This document shows, piece after piece, positions 26,984-29,911 of a stretch of DNA of 29,911 nucleotides. Every line of letters starts with the position of its first letter. Within the stretch, counting starts at the first letter, position 1. The stretch is taken from assembly GCA_031267155.1 (NCBI GenBank), contig JAIRZR010000274.1:1-29911 (forward strand), in the 5' to 3' direction. Both the position numbers and the translations under genes were made by a program. Under the pieces are notes generated by a model. It searched no databases and had not been told where the DNA came from. It saw only the letters and a list, made by a program, of their open reading frames with translations. The DNA is from Prevotellaceae bacterium (GTDB lineage Bacteria; Bacteroidota; Bacteroidia; Bacteroidales; UBA932).

Positions 26984-27895
26984 ATGAGATATTTTAAGAT
27001 AAAAATATTAATGCTTGTCGCGGGCATAACACTGTGCTCCTGCGACAGGGACGAACTGTTCAACAGGGAACAGTACAAGAAGATGTTTGCTCTCCTGAGC
27101 GCGGACGGATTCAATATCTTCGCCGAGGAGCATGATCTTAAACTGGCCGAATCGCCGGGCTTTGTTTCGGCGGTCTGCGGCGGCTCGCTGCCGACCGAAA
27201 CGGATATCAATATCACAATGGTCGAGGATGGGGACTTGCTGCTGCAGTACAACAGAAGCAATTTCGATGTGGACGAAAGCAAGTACGCCCGCTGGCTTCC
27301 ACGCGAAAAGTATGACATCGACAGCTACAGCATCACGATCAAAGCAGGCGAGAGCATCGGACTTATGCCCGTAACTGTGCACCCGAGCGGACTTTCGCCC
27401 GATTCGATCTACTTCATTCCCCTCCGCGCGGACAGATTCACCGCATACGAGCTGAATCCAGATAAAAGCAGTGTGCTGTACCGTGTGTTCCTGAAAAACT
27501 ATTATGCCACGAACAGGACGGATACATACTACAGCTATCGCGGCAAGCGCAACGACGTCAATGTCATGGGAAGCAAGCGGGTTTTCCCGGTAAGCGGAAA
27601 CAGCGTGAGGATCATGGCGGGCGACATCACTTTCGAGCCGAAGGTGAACGTCATCAACAGCGGATCTGTTCTGCTGACCGTCGATGAAAACGACAGTGTG
27701 CGGATAGAGTCCTGGAAAGGCCTGGAGGTTACCCGTGTCAACGGCGACCCCGATTATCCCAACACTTTTCTGATTTATGACGACGGGTACAAAACGTACA
27801 AGACTTTTCTCCTCCGCTACGATTATGTTTATGATGGAACGAAGCATTCCATGCGTGAGGAGTTGAGGCTTGAATTTAGGGAGGAAAATGAATAA
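26984..27895 (+). CDS. PUL-associated lipoprotein (DUF4973/DUF1735-like N-terminus, DUF4361/BT_3044-like C-terminus)
   Basis: 303 aa with lipobox LCSC. Segments DGDLLLQYNRSNF..., YFIPLRA and NPDKSSVLYRVFLKNYYA are typical of lipoproteins downstream of susD. Confidence 0.75.
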   Translation: MRYFKIKILMLVAGITLCSCDRDELFNREQYKKMFALLSADGFNIFAEEHDLKLAESPGFVSAVCGGSLPTETDINITMVEDGDLLLQYNRSNFDVDESKYARWLPREKYDIDSYSITIKAGESIGLMPVTVHPSGLSPDSIYFIPLRADRFTAYELNPDKSSVLYRVFLKNYYATNRTDTYYSYRGKRNDVNVMGSKRVFPVSGNSVRIMAGDITFEPKVNVINSGSVLLTVDENDSVRIESWKGLEVTRVNGDPDYPNTFLIYDDGYKTYKTFLLRYDYVYDGTKHSMREELRLEFREENE

Positions 27896-27919
27896 TAAAC
27901 ACTGCAATTTGTTAATGAT

Positions 27920-28927
27920 ATGAAAACAGGTAAATATTTCAGCATTTTTCATGCCGCTATTTTGTGTCTGCTGTGCGGATGCGCGCGGTATCCAGCATAC
28001 GAGATAACGAATCCGCCCTTTGTGAACAGGACTTCCCTGAACATGTACATCGGCGACACGGTGCAACTCACTGCCAGCCCGCTTGGCGAAAGTTTTGTCT
28101 GGTCAAGCGAGAACGCGGAGGTCGCCAGCGTAAGCCTGACAGGCATGGTGAAGGCGCTCGGCGAGGGACTTTCGTCCATTACCGTCAAGTCAAGCGGCGG
28201 AGAGGCGAATGTCGATGTCAGGGTCAGGACGTTTGTTCCCCTGACGGATATAAGGCTGTCAACGGATTCGGTGAAGCTGTATGTCGGAGACAGGATGCAG
28301 ATATGGGCATATCCCGTGCCCGACGATGCTTCGGATGTCGTGCTGTCGTGGCGCTCGGATAATCTCAATATCGCCACTGTTGACGGTAACGGGACGGTAA
28401 CAGCCGTCGCAAAGGGAGTGTGCGCTGTTACTGTCGGTTTCGATTCTATCGAAAGGATTGTAGTCGTCAGCGTGCCCGAACTCTACAAGTGCGACAAGAC
28501 GGAATGGTCGATCGAAGTGTCCGACCAGAGGGCAGACGACGGCGGCGGAAAGGACAAAGTGATCGATGGCGATTACGGAAACGGCGGATTCTGGCACTCG
28601 CAATGGGGCCCCAACGTCGCATGTCCCCACTGGGCGGTCATCGACATGAAAAAGCCGGTGGAGATAGGCCGGATTGTATGCCAGCGGCGCAATAACGGCG
28701 ACACTAAAACGCTGCAGTATTTCGTGGGCGACAGTCCCGACGCTAACGCCGGCAACTGGATAAAGCTTGTGGAAGGAGCTTACGCTTCCAACAAAGCCGA
28801 CCATACTCTGACGCTGGACGCCCCGACGCCCCTCTCCGGACGGTATCTCAAACTCGTGCTACCCGATTCGTTCAGAGACCCGTACACCGCAATCTGCGAA
28901 ATAGACGTTTACGGATTTATATACTGA
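27920..28927 (+). CDS. Surface lipoprotein with two Big_2 Ig-like domains and a C-terminal F5/8 type C (discoidin/CBM32-like) domain
   Basis: 335 aa with lipobox LCGC. Big_2 motifs WSSENAEVASVSLTGMVKA and WRSDNLNIATVDGNGTVTAV. Discoidin motifs VIDGD...FWHSQW, PHWAVIDM, GRYLKL and EIDVYG. Confidence 0.88.
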   Translation: MKTGKYFSIFHAAILCLLCGCARYPAYEITNPPFVNRTSLNMYIGDTVQLTASPLGESFVWSSENAEVASVSLTGMVKALGEGLSSITVKSSGGEANVDVRVRTFVPLTDIRLSTDSVKLYVGDRMQIWAYPVPDDASDVVLSWRSDNLNIATVDGNGTVTAVAKGVCAVTVGFDSIERIVVVSVPELYKCDKTEWSIEVSDQRADDGGGKDKVIDGDYGNGGFWHSQWGPNVACPHWAVIDMKKPVEIGRIVCQRRNNGDTKTLQYFVGDSPDANAGNWIKLVEGAYASNKADHTLTLDAPTPLSGRYLKLVLPDSFRDPYTAICEIDVYGFIY

Positions 28928-28945
28928 TTGTAAAGGTACGCTTGC

Positions 28946-28985
28946 ATAAAAAACCTGACAGTATGGACTGTCAGGTTTTTTTTAT
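28946..28985. terminator. Intrinsic (bidirectional) terminator closing the SusC/SusD locus
   Basis: ataaaaaacctgacagt-atgg-actgtcaggttttttttat, starting 18 bp after the stop codon. Confidence 0.9.
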
Positions 28986-29161
28986 TGCGACTGCCGGCAA
29001 AATTAATACAGCACAACTCGACAATGGAGGTGAAAATTGATGAATATAGTAATAATAAAGAATATGTATACTTTTTTCAAGATATAAGGGAAGTAATTTT
29101 CGGATTCCTGAGATTAATCAGGAGATTTATTTGCCGGCAGTTCGGAACTTTGGACTCCAAA

Positions 29162-29287
29162 ATCCGTATCGTCGGCGACCTGCCGACCGGCGACTACAAA
29201 CTGAGCATTACCATACAGTACGGCAAAGGAACGGAACTGCTCAAGAAACCGAGAACATATACGTTTGATTATGTGCTCGTCGTGTAA
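29162..29287 (+). pseudogene. 3' remnant resembling the DUF4469 Ig-like C-terminus of Bacteroidales HU-domain proteins
   Basis: DLPTGDYKLSITIQYGKGTELLKKPRTYTFDYVLVV* resembles the LxxGxYxLxVTTQ(Y/F)...LLKxPRxxxF...L end of those proteins. The upstream part of the 100-aa ORF is AT-rich and unrelated. Confidence 0.55.
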
Positions 29288-29341
29288 TACAGTCAGGACA
29301 AAGACCGGAGCCTCCTTTACTCAGGCCTCGAACTGCTTCCT

Positions 29342-29383
29342 TCGAGGCTCGGATGCCGTTTCCGTCGAGGCTCGGATGCCGTT
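29342..29383. repeat. 19-bp direct repeat, 23-bp period
   Basis: tcgaggctcggatgccgtt at 29342 and 29365. Confidence 0.7.
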
Positions 29384-29435
29384 CGATCGGTGAAGACGGG
29401 GCTGTTCCATCCGAAACTGCAGCAACCGTCAAGGG

Positions 29436-29495
29436 GATGTCCAAAAAGTCAATCACATTGTCATTGCGAGCGAAATGACGCTTGGTCAGGACATA
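29436..29495. repeat. Dispersed element shared with about 8616-8697
   Basis: gtccaaaaagtc..tcacat.gtca.tgcgag[..]aaatgacg.tt..tcaggacata is present at both sites. The 8.6-kb copy has about 25 extra internal bases. Confidence 0.65.
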
Positions 29496-29911
29496 TACTC
29501 TATCTCATTATAATCTTGAGATAAAGTGCTTTGTATAGTATGCTTAATGGTTGCTATTCGATTGTAACATGTGGTGATGAGAGAAATGGTCATTATGGTA
29601 AAACTTTTCAAGCGTACGTAAAATCCTGAATGTTTCAATGACGAATGATCGACAGTTTTTTATAAAAGCCGGCTTTTCCATCTCTTCTCCGGACAACGCT
29701 CCCCTGTCCATTAAGTCAGGCATTTTTACACTCCATTCAAACAGTGGCAGGAGGCTAATCCCTGTCTGTATGGCCATTAATATGGCTGTCTGAATGACAG
29801 GCAGTGAATATGTATGCCGTAATGGCGCTTTACTGTCTTTGATTTTCAGCTTATTATGATCTTTTGAAAAACGTCTCTGGTTTTTTTTAAATCGGACTCA
29901 TATTTATCTGC

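Noticed and set aside
29544-29897. Minus-strand open frame near the right edge, possibly a frameshifted gene end (A8 run near 29885)
   Set aside because: No recognisable family and no clear start. It needs the sequence beyond the window.
1-29911. Autonomous mobile element, prophage, invertible promoter or diversity-generating retroelement
   Set aside because: No transposase, integrase, recombinase or reverse transcriptase ORF, no TR/VR-like repeat pair, and no inverted repeats flanking a promoter were seen.

Overview
Bacteroidales-type chromosomal window. Evidence for this is the SusC/SusD pair, TAnnTTTG -7 promoter words, Gln at +1 after the signal peptides, and a serine palmitoyltransferase. 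From left to right it contains: (1) an AT-rich gene end and a small ORF closed by a perfect 50-bp palindrome; (2) a minus-strand operon of five uncharacterised exported proteins (TPR/MORN, Pro-rich, hypothetical, NTF2-like, TPR plus probable beta-barrel); (3) a 1.5-kb intergenic patchwork of REP-like hairpins and short repeats; (4) a 1248-aa IgGFc-binding/Ig/SprB-repeat adhesin-like protein with no recognisable T9SS C-terminal signal, abutting a 151-aa exported partner; (5) an spt-mrdA-rodA cluster without mreBCD, in which mrdA carries one in-frame TAG; (6) a 6 x 42-bp palindromic tandem array bracketed by 25-bp direct repeats; (7) an unannotated 44-codon ORF with a consensus double-glycine leader, directly upstream of a five-gene SusC/SusD locus that has no glycoside hydrolase or regulator; (8) a DUF4469-like gene remnant. 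I saw no rRNA, tRNA, CRISPR array, transposase or integrase. All family calls come from motif recognition by eye, with no database search.
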